Shown here: piece by piece, positions 51,053-63,397 of the stretch
Layout of the letters: every line of letters starts with the position of its first letter
Numbering within the stretch: position 1 is the stretch's first letter
The notes under the pieces: generated by a model
Database searches by the model: none
Told to the model about the DNA's origin: nothing
Seen by the model: only the letters and a program-made list of their open reading frames with translations
Translations under genes and position numbers: made by a program
Assembly (NCBI GenBank): GCA_032718475.1
Contig: JAUCBJ010008697.1
Span: 15,100 to 79,099 of the forward strand
DNA: 64,000 bases
Direction of reading: 5' to 3'
DNA from: Nemertoderma westbladi
Lineage: Eukaryota; Animalia; Xenacoelomorpha

Positions 51053-51359
51053 TTAAATTTTACTCAATAATTGTGCCGCTTTAATTACGTTTAGATCAAT
51101 TAAAGACACATTTATTAAAGCAAATCACTTGAACTAAATAAAAACTATAATGGAATGTTGTATGGGGATTACAGCTGTATAACTTTTAAGTATAATTATT
51201 TAAATCTTATACTAGAAAATAATTAATATAATAATATAATATAATAATATAATAATAATAAATTGATGTTTTTACCCTAATCAACTTAATTAACTAATTA
51301 ACTGCTATTATCTTAGCTTCTCGAAGGCCACGCGAAAATTCAACTTGGAAAATTTCTAA

Positions 51360-51830
51360 ACTTTGGCCAGACTACATGTGTACCAAATTTGGTTAAATTT
51401 CATTAACATTTGGCTGAGTTATTAACATTTAAAATTGGACACAACAGAACGACAGATTAACAGATCGACAGAACAACAGACACACCGATTGAGTTAGTGG
51501 CACCTGTATGCTAAGCTCGCTTACTTTCGTCGCTCGCCCCACAACAGATCGACAGAACAACAGACACACCGATTGAGTTAGTGGTACCTGTATGCTAAGC
51601 TCGCTTACTTTCGTCGCTCGCCCGACAACAGACACACCGATTGAGTTAGTGGTACCTGTATGCTAAGCTCGCTTACTTTCGTCGCTCGCCCGACAACAGA
51701 CACACCGATTGAGTTAGTGGTACCTGTATGCTAAGCTGGCTTACTTTCCTCGCTCGCCCCACAACAGACACACCGATTGAGTTAGTGGTACCTGTATGCT
51801 AAGCTCGCTTACTTTCGTGGTTCGCCCCAT
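51360..51830 (-). mobile_element. HINE-like element with its terminal ~68-bp unit tandemly repeated 5 times
   Basis: Reverse complement of the 1548-1730 element; acaacagacacaccgattgagttagtggtacctgtatgctaagctcgcttactttcgtcgctcgcccc is repeated five times (51473-51828). Confidence 0.7.
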
Positions 51831-52200
51831 AATAGAGTGCTAAATCACCCACACTCGTATTAAGTAGCTTGGGAAGCCAAATCAGGTTAATTGTTTTGGT
51901 TATTTCTGTTTCGGCTTGTGCTTAGGGCAATTTATATTTATTAGGGCTAATTTATTAGCACCAATTACTAAATTTCAAGCGACACCATTAATAGTTATAT
52001 CTTATTCAGTTGGGTTTTCCTATTTATAAGAACATGTTCTGCCTGTTTCCTGGCTTATTATTGGTTGTTGTAAATGGTTGTTCTGTATATGTGTCACCAT
52101 ATGTTTATCTGTAAAGTGAGCCCCGACCCATCTATTGTTTTCTTTCTCTTTCGGTTTTTAAATGGAATTTCGATCTCAGAATGCACCTCCTTGCAGGTCG

Positions 52201-53456
52201 ACTACTAAGAATGCTGTGCCGGCTTGTCGACAAAATTGCGCCGCCACAACTCCCTATCACCCATGACATTTGCTAGATCATCCGCATCTTCAAGGCCAGT
52301 GTCCTTTAAGATGCATCTCAAGAAAGTCATGGGCTGTCCACCATGCTTATTCACTCCATGAGGCTGCCAAAGTACAAGATTATGCACTGGCTAGTCCTCA
52401 CGGAGAAAGCAATGTCCTGCAAAGCGGAGGCGATTTTGTTCTAGTGTCAAGCTTGGGGGAACCAATGAGACACCTCCAATGTTATATAGTGTCTGGTTGG
52501 AGATGTGTGCATTGTACTTGACACAATGAACCTGGCGTAGCATTCTTGTGAATGTGCCATCCAGAGATTTGGTGACCTCAGCAGTTAGAGCCCAGCAAGG
52601 ACTCCCATAGAGGAGTACTGGAACTACTGCTGCTCTAAATAATCGGACCTTAAGTTTCCGATTAATTCTCGGTGACTTCCAAATCCTGGAATGCCTATTC
52701 AAGGCTGCCCATGCCGTATTCCCTTACGTATTCCCTGTACGAGTTCCCTCACGTCTGACTTCCGGATCCATGATCCCAGGTAACAGAAGTCGTCCACATG
52801 CTCAAGCATAACAACCTTTGAGCTTATGCTCATCCGATCAGAGACTTGCTGAGGACTTTCAAAGTTAACTGTCAAAATTTTGGTCTTTCTGGAGTTAATA
52901 AAATGACCAACACTATGTTCTAATGAGCTGATTTGCCGTTGGGCTCCCTCTAGTGATTCTGAGAGTACTCCTAAGTCATCAGCAAAGTCTAGATCAGTGA
53001 GGTACTTGGCAGGATTTCCGCGAATTCTGGAGCCAGTAGGTGGAGTTATCATCACCCCATCATCATTATGATGATCTAAGGACATGCGTAGAACATAGTC
53101 AACCACAATTATGAACAAGAATGGTGCAAGTCTCCCATGTCTCCTTGGAGGACTCCCCATAATACTTGAAATGGTTCTGTGTCACCGTCAACAGTAGACA
53201 CAAATGTTGTCGAACCATCGTATACTGATCTGATTGCTGCAATAATTTCATCAGGAATCCCATATAGTGAAAGTATGCTGAACATACGTGAGCGGGAGAC
53301 TGAATCAAAGGCCTTGAAGAAGTCAACAAAGATAACAGCCAGATGCCTGTCTTTCTTTTTTGATAACTCTTCAATTGTCCTTCTAAGTGTCAAAATGGGC
53401 TCCATGGCCCCACGATCTTTACGGAACCCATTCTGATTTCCACGAAGCAGTCTTTC
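52201..53456 (-). mobile_element. RTE-clade LINE, 5'-truncated copy 4, multiple frameshifts
   Basis: ORFs 53109-53405, 52699-53160, 52391-52702 and 52205-52387 are collinear with copy 3. Confidence 0.92.
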
Positions 53457-54958
53457 AAAAAGTTCCCCCAGGATCTAAAGTCTCGTTTTTAATTACCATA
53501 AAGTGGCCCAGAACTTCTCTGCACTGCAGTGTAAACACTAAACAGTCTGCATCCATTGTCGGTATGGTTTTCCCCCAGGTTATCGGCCATCGTGTTTATT
53601 CGTGTTCATATTATAGTTTCTCTCGCATGTAGTAATTAAAATAACTTCGTTTTGATCTCTTTGTTAATGGCAATGCAAATATAATTTATTTCTAATTTAC
53701 AATTTATTAGGTTTCGCCACATGGATACACCCATGTTATGCTACCAGTGACGATTGCAGCTTTTGGTAATGAACACGGCGCAAGTAATAATAATAAATTC
53801 ATGTTATTAAATACGGCTATTTGCAAGGGTATTGGCGTCAGTTGAGCACTTCTAAAAATAAAAAGTTTCGCTAGATATTCACTCACTAACGGGTCGATTC
53901 AACGATAGGTATTAAATATTTTACAATAAAATTTCCATTTCACACAAGATAATTTAATTTAATGCATGTAATCCGCATGGTGGCGCTAGGGGCTGGTGGG
54001 TATAATGGTGACAATCACAAAGAAGTTGGCAGCCAATAGAAAGAAAGAACTGATGAAGCTGATATTTTATGGTTATTTGACAAGTTACCAACATGGAAAT
54101 TTCATTTAAATTCTAACTATTTCAGTACTTCAGAGAATACACAAACGTTCACTAACTGAAAACAAGAAGGTAATCCTAATATATAATAAAAAATAACGTT
54201 AACAATATTTAATGATATATTATTTCATAATATTTAGGCCTACTTCACTTTAACCCCGCCCGTATTGACATAAGGACATCAAAATTCCATACAACAACTA
54301 TAAAACCATATTACCTTAAATTCTACGTAAAAATTCTATGTACATTACACCTATGTGTATTTCAGGCATACACAATAGACATTACAGCTGAAGATGAGCA
54401 ATTCAAAAATTGGGCTTTTGGCTACCCCCCCCCCCCCCCCCCCCTAATTCAGTCATGAGAAACACGTTGTACTAGACCATTTTCAGATGTGGAAACTCCA
54501 TGTCTGTCCGATTCGCGTTCAAACACGATCTTCATTATCTTTTACTGATCACGACCAGAGTTTTCACCTTTGGGTGGTTTTGATCTTGCTCTTTCCAACT
54601 GCGTTGGTCTCATGATCGTAGCGCTATATATATAGCGGTTCTCTCAAAGCGATGCTTTTAAAATTGCTACCATCTGTCATAAAACAATAGAGAATGATCA
54701 GTTCTATGATGACAGTATTAAGTAAATCTCATACATTGGAGCTGCAGGGTGCTGCTGGGTATTTGCAAATCTCGGTCACTACCGAGGTAGTACAATACCT
54801 GGTTTGTTTAGTGAACATTGTGTTTTATGCCATGAACCCTGCTACTGTATCAAGGGTTCATCAAGGGATCAGATGTCTTCGGCAACTAAAAGGGTTATTT
54901 TGCACTTTAGTTGTTGACCAGGCCGTGGAATTTATATTAGTTTGTTTATGTAACACAG

Positions 54959-55191
54959 GTGTTCTAGAATAAAATTATAAAATAAATGAAAAAAAATAAA
55001 ATATATATTTTTTTATATTTTATATATATATATTTAAATATATAAAATTTATTATTTACATATATTATTTATTATATTATTATTATTATTATTAATATTA
55101 TTAACATATTTATATATATATATTTTTTTTAATAATATTTTTTATTCTTAATTAAAAAAAATATTTAAAATTAAATATAAGTGTTCTAGAA
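54959..55191. other. Near-pure A/T insert flanked by an 11-bp direct repeat
   Basis: gtgttctagaa at 54959-54969 and 55181-55191; the intervening ~211 bp contain only about four G/C bases. Confidence 0.7.
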
Positions 55192-55559
55192 ATCAATGTT
55201 GTTGGTATGGATGGTGATATTGTTAAGTTTGAAAACATTAAAAAAATCATGGCCTGGTCAACTGAAGTCCAAAAGAAGACTGTCAGCAGCCACGGGATCT
55301 AGAGCTACCCGGAATAAATTTTCCTTTTGAACGCCCTTTTGGGAGTAGATTCCGTAGGGTCAACGTAGTTCGATATCCCTCAGCGATTTTTGTGCATGTC
55401 CTTAGCTGATAAATCATAAATCTACCACCCCGTCTAATCAAGAGAACAGAGAAGGTAATATCATCACCGAGAGGAAGGTGATATTTGATGAGCTAATCAA
55501 TAAACAAGAATGAAATTACACCAATAAACCGGTGTCACTGCATATTTTGCCCTCTTGAA

Positions 55560-58500
55560 GATTATGCCCCCCGGATAAAATCCGCTAGCGTATTATGACC
55601 CCCAGGACGATAATACGCTAGCATACATTGTCCATATGGGTTAGTATCTGCTAGCATATATTGTCCTAGTCCTAGAGGGTTAGTATCTGCTAGCAGATAT
55701 TGTCCTAGAGGGTTAGTATCTGCTAGCAGATATTGTCCTAGAGGGTTAGTATCTGCTAGCAGATATTGTCCTAGAGGGTTAGTATCTGCTGGCAGATATT
55801 GTCCTAGAGGGTTAGTATCTGCTAGCAGATATTGTCCTAGAGGGTTAGTATCTGCTAGCATATATTGTCCTAGTCCTAGATGGTTAGTATCTGCTAGCAT
55901 ATATTGTCCTAGTCCTAGAGGGTTAGTATCTGCTAGCAGATATTGTCCTAGAGGGTTAGTATCTGCTAGCAGATATTGTCCTAGAGGGTTAGTATCTGCT
56001 AGCATATATTGTCCTAGTCCTAGATGGTTAGTATCTGCTAGCATATATTGTCCTAGTCCTAGAGGGTTAGTATCTGCTAGCAGATATTGTCCTAGAGGGT
56101 TAGTATCTGCTAGCAGATATTGTCCTAGAGGGTTAGTATCTGCTAGCAGATATTGTCCTAGAGGGTTAGTATCTGCTGGCAGATATTGTCCTAGAGGGTT
56201 AGTATCTGCTAGCAGATATTGTCCTAGAGGGTTAGTATCTGCTAGCATATATTGTCCTAGTCCTAGATGGTTAGTATCTGCTAGCATATATTGTCCTAGT
56301 CCTAGAGGGTTAGTATCTGCTAGCAGATATTGTCCTAGAGGGTTAGTATCTGCTAGCAGATATTGTCCTAGAGGGTTAGTATCTGCTAGCAGATATTGTC
56401 CTAGAGGGTTAGTATCTGCTAGCAGATATTGTCCTAGAGGGTTAGTATCTGCTAGCAGATATTGTCCTAGAGGGTTAGTATCTGCTAGCATATATTGTCC
56501 TAGTCCTAGAGGGTTAGTATCTGCTAGCATATATTGTCCATATGGGTTAGTATCTGCTAGCATATATTGTCCTAGTCCTAGAGGGTTAGTATCTGCTAGC
56601 ATATATTGTCCTAGTCCTAGAGGGTTAGTATCTGCTAGCATATATTGTCCTAGTCCTAGAGGGTTAGTATCTGCTAGCATATATTGTCCATATGGGTTAG
56701 TATCTGCTAGCAGATATTGTCCTAGAGGGTTAGTATCTGCTAGCATATATTGTCCTAGTCCTAGAGGGTTAGTATCTGCTAGCAGATATTGTCCTAGAGG
56801 GTTAGTATCTGCTAGCAGATATTGTCCTAGAGGGTTAGTATCTGCTAGCAGATATTGTCCTAGAGGGTTAGTATCTGCTAGCATATATTGTCCTAGAGGG
56901 TTAGTATCTGCTAGCATATATTGTCCGTCCAGAGGGTTAGTATCTGCTAGCAGATATTGTCCTAGAGGGTTAGTATCTGCTAGCATATATTGTCCTAGAG
57001 GGTTAGTATCTGCTAGCAGATATTGTCCTAGAGGGTTAGTATCTGCTAGCATATATTGTCCATAGAGGGTTAGTATCTGCTAGCAGATATTGTCCTAGAG
57101 GGTTAGTATCTGCTAGCATATATTGTCCGTCCTAGTGGGTTAGTATCTGCTAGCATATATTGTCCTATGAGGGTTAGTATCTGCTAGCAGATATTGTCCT
57201 AGAGGGTTAGTATCTGCTAGCAGATATTGTCCTAGAGGGTTAGTATCTGCTAGCATATATTGTCCTAGTCCTAGATGGTTAGTATCTGCTAGCATATATT
57301 GTCCTAGTCCTAGAGGGTTAGTATCTGCTAGCAGATATTGTCCTAGAGGGTTAGTATCTGCTAGCAGATATTGTCCTAGAGGGTTAGTATCTGCTAGCAG
57401 ATATTGTCCTAGAGGGTTAGTATCTGCTAGCAGATATTGTCCTAGAGGGTTAGTATCTGCTAGCAGATATTGTCCTAGAGGGTTAGTATCTGCTAGCATA
57501 TATTGTCCTAGTCCTAGGGTTAGTATCTGCTAGCATATATTGTCCTAGTCCTAGAGGGTTAGTATCTGCTAGCAGATATTGTCCTAGAGGGTTAGTATCT
57601 GCTAGCAGATATTGTCCTAGAGGGTTAGTATCTGCTAGCAGATATTGTCCTAGAGGGTTAGTATCTGCTAGCAGATATTGTCCTAGAGGGTTAGTATCTG
57701 CTAGCAGATATTGTCCTAGAGGGTTAGTATCTGCTAGCATATATTGTCCTAGTAGGGTTAGTATCTGCTAGCATATATTGTCCTAGTATGGGTTAGTATC
57801 TGCTAGCAGATATTGTCCTAGAGGGTTAGTATCTGCTAGCATATATTGTCCTATATGGGTTAGTATCTGCTAGCATATATTGTCCTAGAGGGTTAGTATC
57901 TGCTAGCATATATTGTCCTAGTCCTAGAGGGTTAGTATCTGCTAGCAGATATTGTCCTAGAGGGTTAGTATCTGCTAGCATATATTGTCCTAGAGGGTTA
58001 GTATCTGCTAGCAGATATTGTCCTAGAGGGTTAGTATCTGCTAGCAGATATTGTCCTAGAGGGTTAGTATCTGCTAGCAGATATTGTCCTAGAGGGTTAG
58101 TATCTGCTAGCATATATTGTCCTAGTCCTAGAGGTTAGTATCTGCTAGCATATATTGTCCTAGTAGGGTTAGTATCTGCTAGCAGATATTGTCCTAGAGG
58201 GTTAGTATCTGCTAGCAGATATTGTCCTAGAGGGTTAGTATCTGCTAGCAGATATTGTCCTAGAGGGTTAGTATCTGCTAGCAGATATTGTCCTAGAGGG
58301 TTAGTATCTGCTAGCAGATATTGTCCTAGAGGGTTAGTATCTGCTAGCATATATTGTCCTAGTCCTAGAGGTTAGTATCTGCTAGCATATATTGTCCTAG
58401 TCTAGGGTTAGTATCTGCTAGCAGATATTGTCCTAGAGGGTTAGTATCTGCTAGCAGATATTGTCCTAGAGGGTTAGTATCTGCTAGCATATATTGTCCT

Positions 58501-61460
58501 AGAGGGTTAGTATCTGCTAGCATATATTGTCCTAGTCCTAGAGGGTTAGTATCTGCTAGCAGATATTGTCCTAGAGGGTTAGTATCTGCTAGCATATATT
58601 GTCCTAGAGGGTTAGTATCTGCTAGCATATATTGTCCTAGTCCTATGGGTTAGTATCTGCTAGCATATATTGTCCTAGAGGGTTAGTATCTGCTAGCATA
58701 TATTGTCCTAGTCCTAGAGGGTTAGTATCTGCTAGCAGATATTGTCCTAGAGGGTTAGTATCTGCTAGCAGATATTGTCCTAGAGGGTTAGTATCTGCTA
58801 GCATATATTGTCCAGCCTAGAGGGTTAGTATCTGCTAGCAGATATTGTCCTAGAGGGTTAGTATCTGCTAGCAGATATTGTCCTAGAGGGTTAGTATCTG
58901 CTAGCATATATTGTCCTAGTCCTAGAGGGTTAGTATCTGCTAGCATATATTGTCCTAGAGGGTTAGTATCTGCTAGCATATATTGTCCTAGTAGGGTTAG
59001 TATCTGCTAGCAGATATTGTCCTAGAGGGTTAGTATCTGCTAGCATATATTGTCCAGTCCTAGAGGGTTAGTATCTGCTAGCATATATTGTCCTAGAGGG
59101 TTAGTATCTGCTAGCATATATTGTCCTAGTCCTAGAGGGTTAGTATCTGCTAGCAGATATTGTCCTAGAGGGTTAGTATCTGCTAGCAGATATTGTCCTA
59201 GAGGGTTAGTATCTGCTAGCATATATTGTCCATATGGGTTAGTATCTGCTAGCAGATATTGTCCTAGAGGGTTAGTATCTGCTAGCAGATATTGTCCTAG
59301 AGGGTTAGTATCTGCTAGCAGATATTGTCCTAGAGGGTTAGTATCTGCTAGCATATATTGTCCTAGTCCTAGAGGGTTAGTATCTGCTAGCATATATTGT
59401 CCTATATGGGTTAGTATCTGCTAGCATATATTGTCCATATGGGTTAGTATCTGCTAGCAGATATTGTCCTAGAGGGTTAGTATCTGCTAGCATATATTGT
59501 CCTAGTCCTAGAGGGTTAGTATCTGCTAGCATATATTGTCCTAGAGGGTTAGTATCTGCTAGCATATATTGTCCATATGGGTTAGTATCTGCTAGCAGAT
59601 ATTGTCCTAGAGGGTTAGTATCTGCTAGCATATATTGTCCTAGTCCTAGAGGGTTAGTATCTGCTAGCATATATTGTCCTAGAGGGTTAGTATCTGCTAG
59701 CATATATTGTCCATATGGGTTAGTATCTGCTAGCATATATTGTCCTATATGGGTTAGTATCTGCTAGCAGATATTGTCCTAGAGGGTTAGTATCTGCTAG
59801 CATATATTGTCCTAGTAGGGTTAGTATCTGCTAGCATATATTGTCCTAGAGGGTTAGTATCTGCTAGCATATATTGTCCTAGTATGGGTTAGTATCTGCT
59901 AGCAGATATTGTCCTAGAGGGTTAGTATCTGCTAGCATATATTGTCCTAGTCCTAGAGGGTTAGTATCTGCTAGCATATATTGTCCATATGGGTTAGTAT
60001 CTGCTAGCAGATATTGTCCTAGAGGGTTAGTATCTGCTAGCAGATATTGTCCTAGAGGGTTAGTATCTGCTAGCATATATTGTCCATATGGGTTAGTATC
60101 TGCTAGCATATATTGTCCATATGGGTTAGTATCTGCTAGCATATATTGTCCTAGAGGGTTAGTATCTGCTAGCATATATTGTCCATATGGGTTAGTATCT
60201 GCTAGCATATATTGTCCATATGGGTTAGTATCTGCTAGCATATATTGTCCTAGTAGGGTTAGTATCTGCTAGCATATATTGTCCTAGCTAGGGTTAGTAT
60301 CTGCTAGCATATATTGTCCATATGGGTTAGTATCTGCTAGCATATATTGTCCTAGAGGGTTAGTATCTGCTAGCATATATTGTCCTATATGGGTTAGTAT
60401 CTGCTAGCATATATTGTCCATATGGGTTAGTATCTGCTAGCATATATTGTCCTAGAGGGTTAGTATCTGCTAGCATATATTGTCCATAGAGGGTTAGTAT
60501 CTGCTAGCATATATTGTCCATATGGGTTAGTATCTGCTAGCAGATATTGTCCTAGAGGGTTAGTATCTGCTAGCATATATTGTCCATATGGGTTAGTATC
60601 TGCTAGCAGATATTGTCCTAGAGGGTTAGTATCTGCTAGCAGATATTGTCCTAGAGGGTTAGTATCTGCTAGCATATATTGTCCTAGAGGGTTAGTATCT
60701 GCTAGCAGATATTGTCCTAGAGGGTTAGTATCTGCTAGCATATATTGTCCTAGTCCTAGAGGGTTAGTATCTGCTAGCATATATTGTCCATATGGGTTAG
60801 TATCTGCTAGCATATATTGTCCTAGAGGGTTAGTATCTGCTAGCAGATATTGTCCTAGAGGGTTAGTATCTGCTAGCAGATATTGTCCTAGAGGGTTAGT
60901 ATCTGCTAGCATATATTGTCCTAGTCCTAGAGGGTTAGTATCTGCTAGCATATATTGTCCATATGGGTTAGTATCTGCTAGCAGATATTGTCCTAGAGGG
61001 TTAGTATCTGCTAGCAGATATTGTCCTAGAGGGTTAGTATCTGCTAGCATATATTGTCCATATGGGTTAGTATCTGCTAGCATATATTGTCCTAGAGGGT
61101 TAGTATCTGCTAGCAGATATTGTCCTAGAGGGTTAGTATCTGCTAGCATATATTGTCCATATGGGTTAGTATCTGCTAGCAGATATTGTCCTAGAGGGTT
61201 AGTATCTGCTAGCATATATTGTCCTAGTCCTAGAGGGTTAGTATCTGCTAGCATATATTGTCCATATGGGTTAGTATCTGCTAGCAGATATTGTCCTAGA
61301 GGGTTAGTATCTGCTAGCATATATTGTCCATATGGGTTAGTATCTGCTAGCAGATATTGTCCTAGAGGGTTAGTATCTGCTAGCATATATTGTCCTAGTC
61401 CTAGAGGGTTAGTATCTGCTAGCAGGATGTTGTCCGGTGTTCGCAGATTCGGCCCCCCAA
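55560..61460. repeat. 33/39-bp satellite (gggttagtatctgctagcagatattgtcctaga), ~5.9 kb
   Basis: Highly homogeneous array. The main variant contains the 16-bp palindrome tatctgctagcagata; other variants carry +gtccta or ccatatgg. Confidence 0.98.
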
Positions 61461-61639
61461 ATTTCCCTTTCTTTTCACTCGATTTGATGTCAGTCGTCTG
61501 CATTAGACTAGGTCGCTACCGGAAGCTAACAGTCTTCTGACATACATGACATACATTATCAACATACTATACGTAAATTTACTTATGTCAGTCTGTAAAA
61601 GTATGGAATATATACAACACCAAATACAGTACTGCAGAA

Positions 61640-62685
61640 ATATATCTTGTATAGTTTTGGTTAGAAAAGCCTGCCTCTGTAACATGTTCCTTTCCCTAAA
61701 TTGGTAACAATATCGTTTATTGTTTTGGTTAGAAAAACCTGCTTCTGTAACCTGTTCCTTTCCCTCAATTTTTAAACAACATCGTTTATTGTTTTGGTTG
61801 GAAAAGCCAGCCTCTGTAACCTGTTCCTTCCCCTCAATTGGTAACAATATCGTTTATTGATTTGGTTAGAAAAACCTGCTTCTGTAACCTGTTCCTTTCC
61901 CTCAATTTATAAACTACATCGTTTATTGTTTTGATTAGAAAATCCTGCCTCTGTAACATGTTCCTTTCCCTAAATTGGTAACAATATCGTTTATTGTTTT
62001 GGTTAGAAAAACCTGCTTCTGTAACCTGTTCCTTTCCCTCAATTTTTAAACAACATCGTTTATTGTTTTGGTTGGAAAAGCCAGCCTCTGTAACCTGTTC
62101 CTTCCCCTCAATTGGTAACAATATCGTTTATTGATTCGGTTAGAAAAACCTGCTTCTGTAACCTGTTCCTTTCCCTCAATTTATAAACTACATCGTTTAT
62201 TGTTTTGATTAGAAAATTCTGTATCTGTAACATGTTCCTTTCCCTAAATTGGTAACAACATCGTTTATTGTTTTGGTTAGAAAAACCTGCTTCTGTAACC
62301 TGTTCCTTTCCCTCAATTTTTAAACAACATCGTTTATTGTTTTGGTTGGAAAAGCCAGCCTCTGTAACCTGTTCCTTCCCCTCAATTGGTAACAATATCG
62401 TTTTTTGATTTGGTTAGAAAATCCTGCCTCTGTAACCTGTTCCTTCCCCTCAATTGGTAACAATATCGTTTTTTGATTTGGTTAGAAAAGCCTGCTTCTG
62501 TAACCTGTTCCTTTCCCTCAATTTATAAACTACATCGTTTATTGTTTTGATTAGAAAATCCTGTATCTGTAACATGTTCCTTTCCCTAAATTGGCAACAA
62601 TATCGTTTATTGTTTTGGTTAGAAAAGCCTGCATCTGTAACCTGTTCCTTTCCATAAATTGGTAACAAACATCGTTTATAGTAAT
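61640..62685. repeat. 68/69-bp satellite organised as a 274-bp (4-mer) higher-order repeat
   Basis: Monomer ttggttagaaaa..gcctctgtaacctgttcctttccct.aatt..aacaa.atcgtttattg; near-identical ORF starts at 61847, 62121 and 62395 are spaced 274 bp apart. Confidence 0.9.
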
Positions 62686-63397
62686 TCACGCATTGATATC
62701 ATCTAGATTGGACTCCAATAATGCTCTTTATTTCGGATTATCCAATAAGTCCATAAAGCGATTACAATACGTCCAAAACTGTGCTGCGCGGTTACTATGT
62801 AAAATCGGTAGGAGGGATCATATTACACCAGTTTTAAAGCAATTACATTGGTTGCCAGTTAAGCGTAGAATCGACTTCAAGATCGCAATGGCTGTTTTTA
62901 AATGTTTGCATGGCCTAGCACCACAATATTTAACGGATCTTCTCAATAGATATGAACCACCTCGTGATTTGCAATCTGGATCTGCTAATTTATTGTCTGT
63001 CCCGAGATATAATCTTAGCAACTATGGACGCCGAGCATTCTCTATTGCGGGCCCACTAGTCTGGAATGCACTCCCGAGTGAATTGCGGCACATTAACTCA
63101 TTAACACTATTTAAATCGCGTCTTAAGACACGCCACTTCATTGAAGAATACCAATCGTGAAAGGGAGGCTATATTTTCGAATTTATAATTGTAATTAGTA
63201 ATTAATAACCTATCTCCTGCTGCGCGTTTTTAAAGTTTTTTAAATCAAATATTTATTTTAACTGAACTCACCTTAGTAGATCGCTAAGTTATTTAATCTT
63301 TGGATTATTATAAAAACTGGTAGCTGGACTCATTTTTAGAAATAAAAGCGCTTAGAGCTTAAATGTCTTATTTTGGCATTTATTTATTTATTTATAT
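62686..63397 (+). mobile_element. L2-clade LINE 3' fragment with (TTTA)n tail
   Basis: ORF 62693-63160: SRLD..NAL..GL..LQ.VQN.AARL..RDHITPVLKQLHWLPV..RIDFK..GRRAFS.AGP.VWN.LP..FKSRLKT. Tail tttatttattta at ~63379-63394. Confidence 0.9.

Noticed and set aside
61503-62689. Repeated ORFs MLPIEGKEQVTEAG...
   Set aside because: They are translations of a satellite whose 274-bp period is not a multiple of 3.
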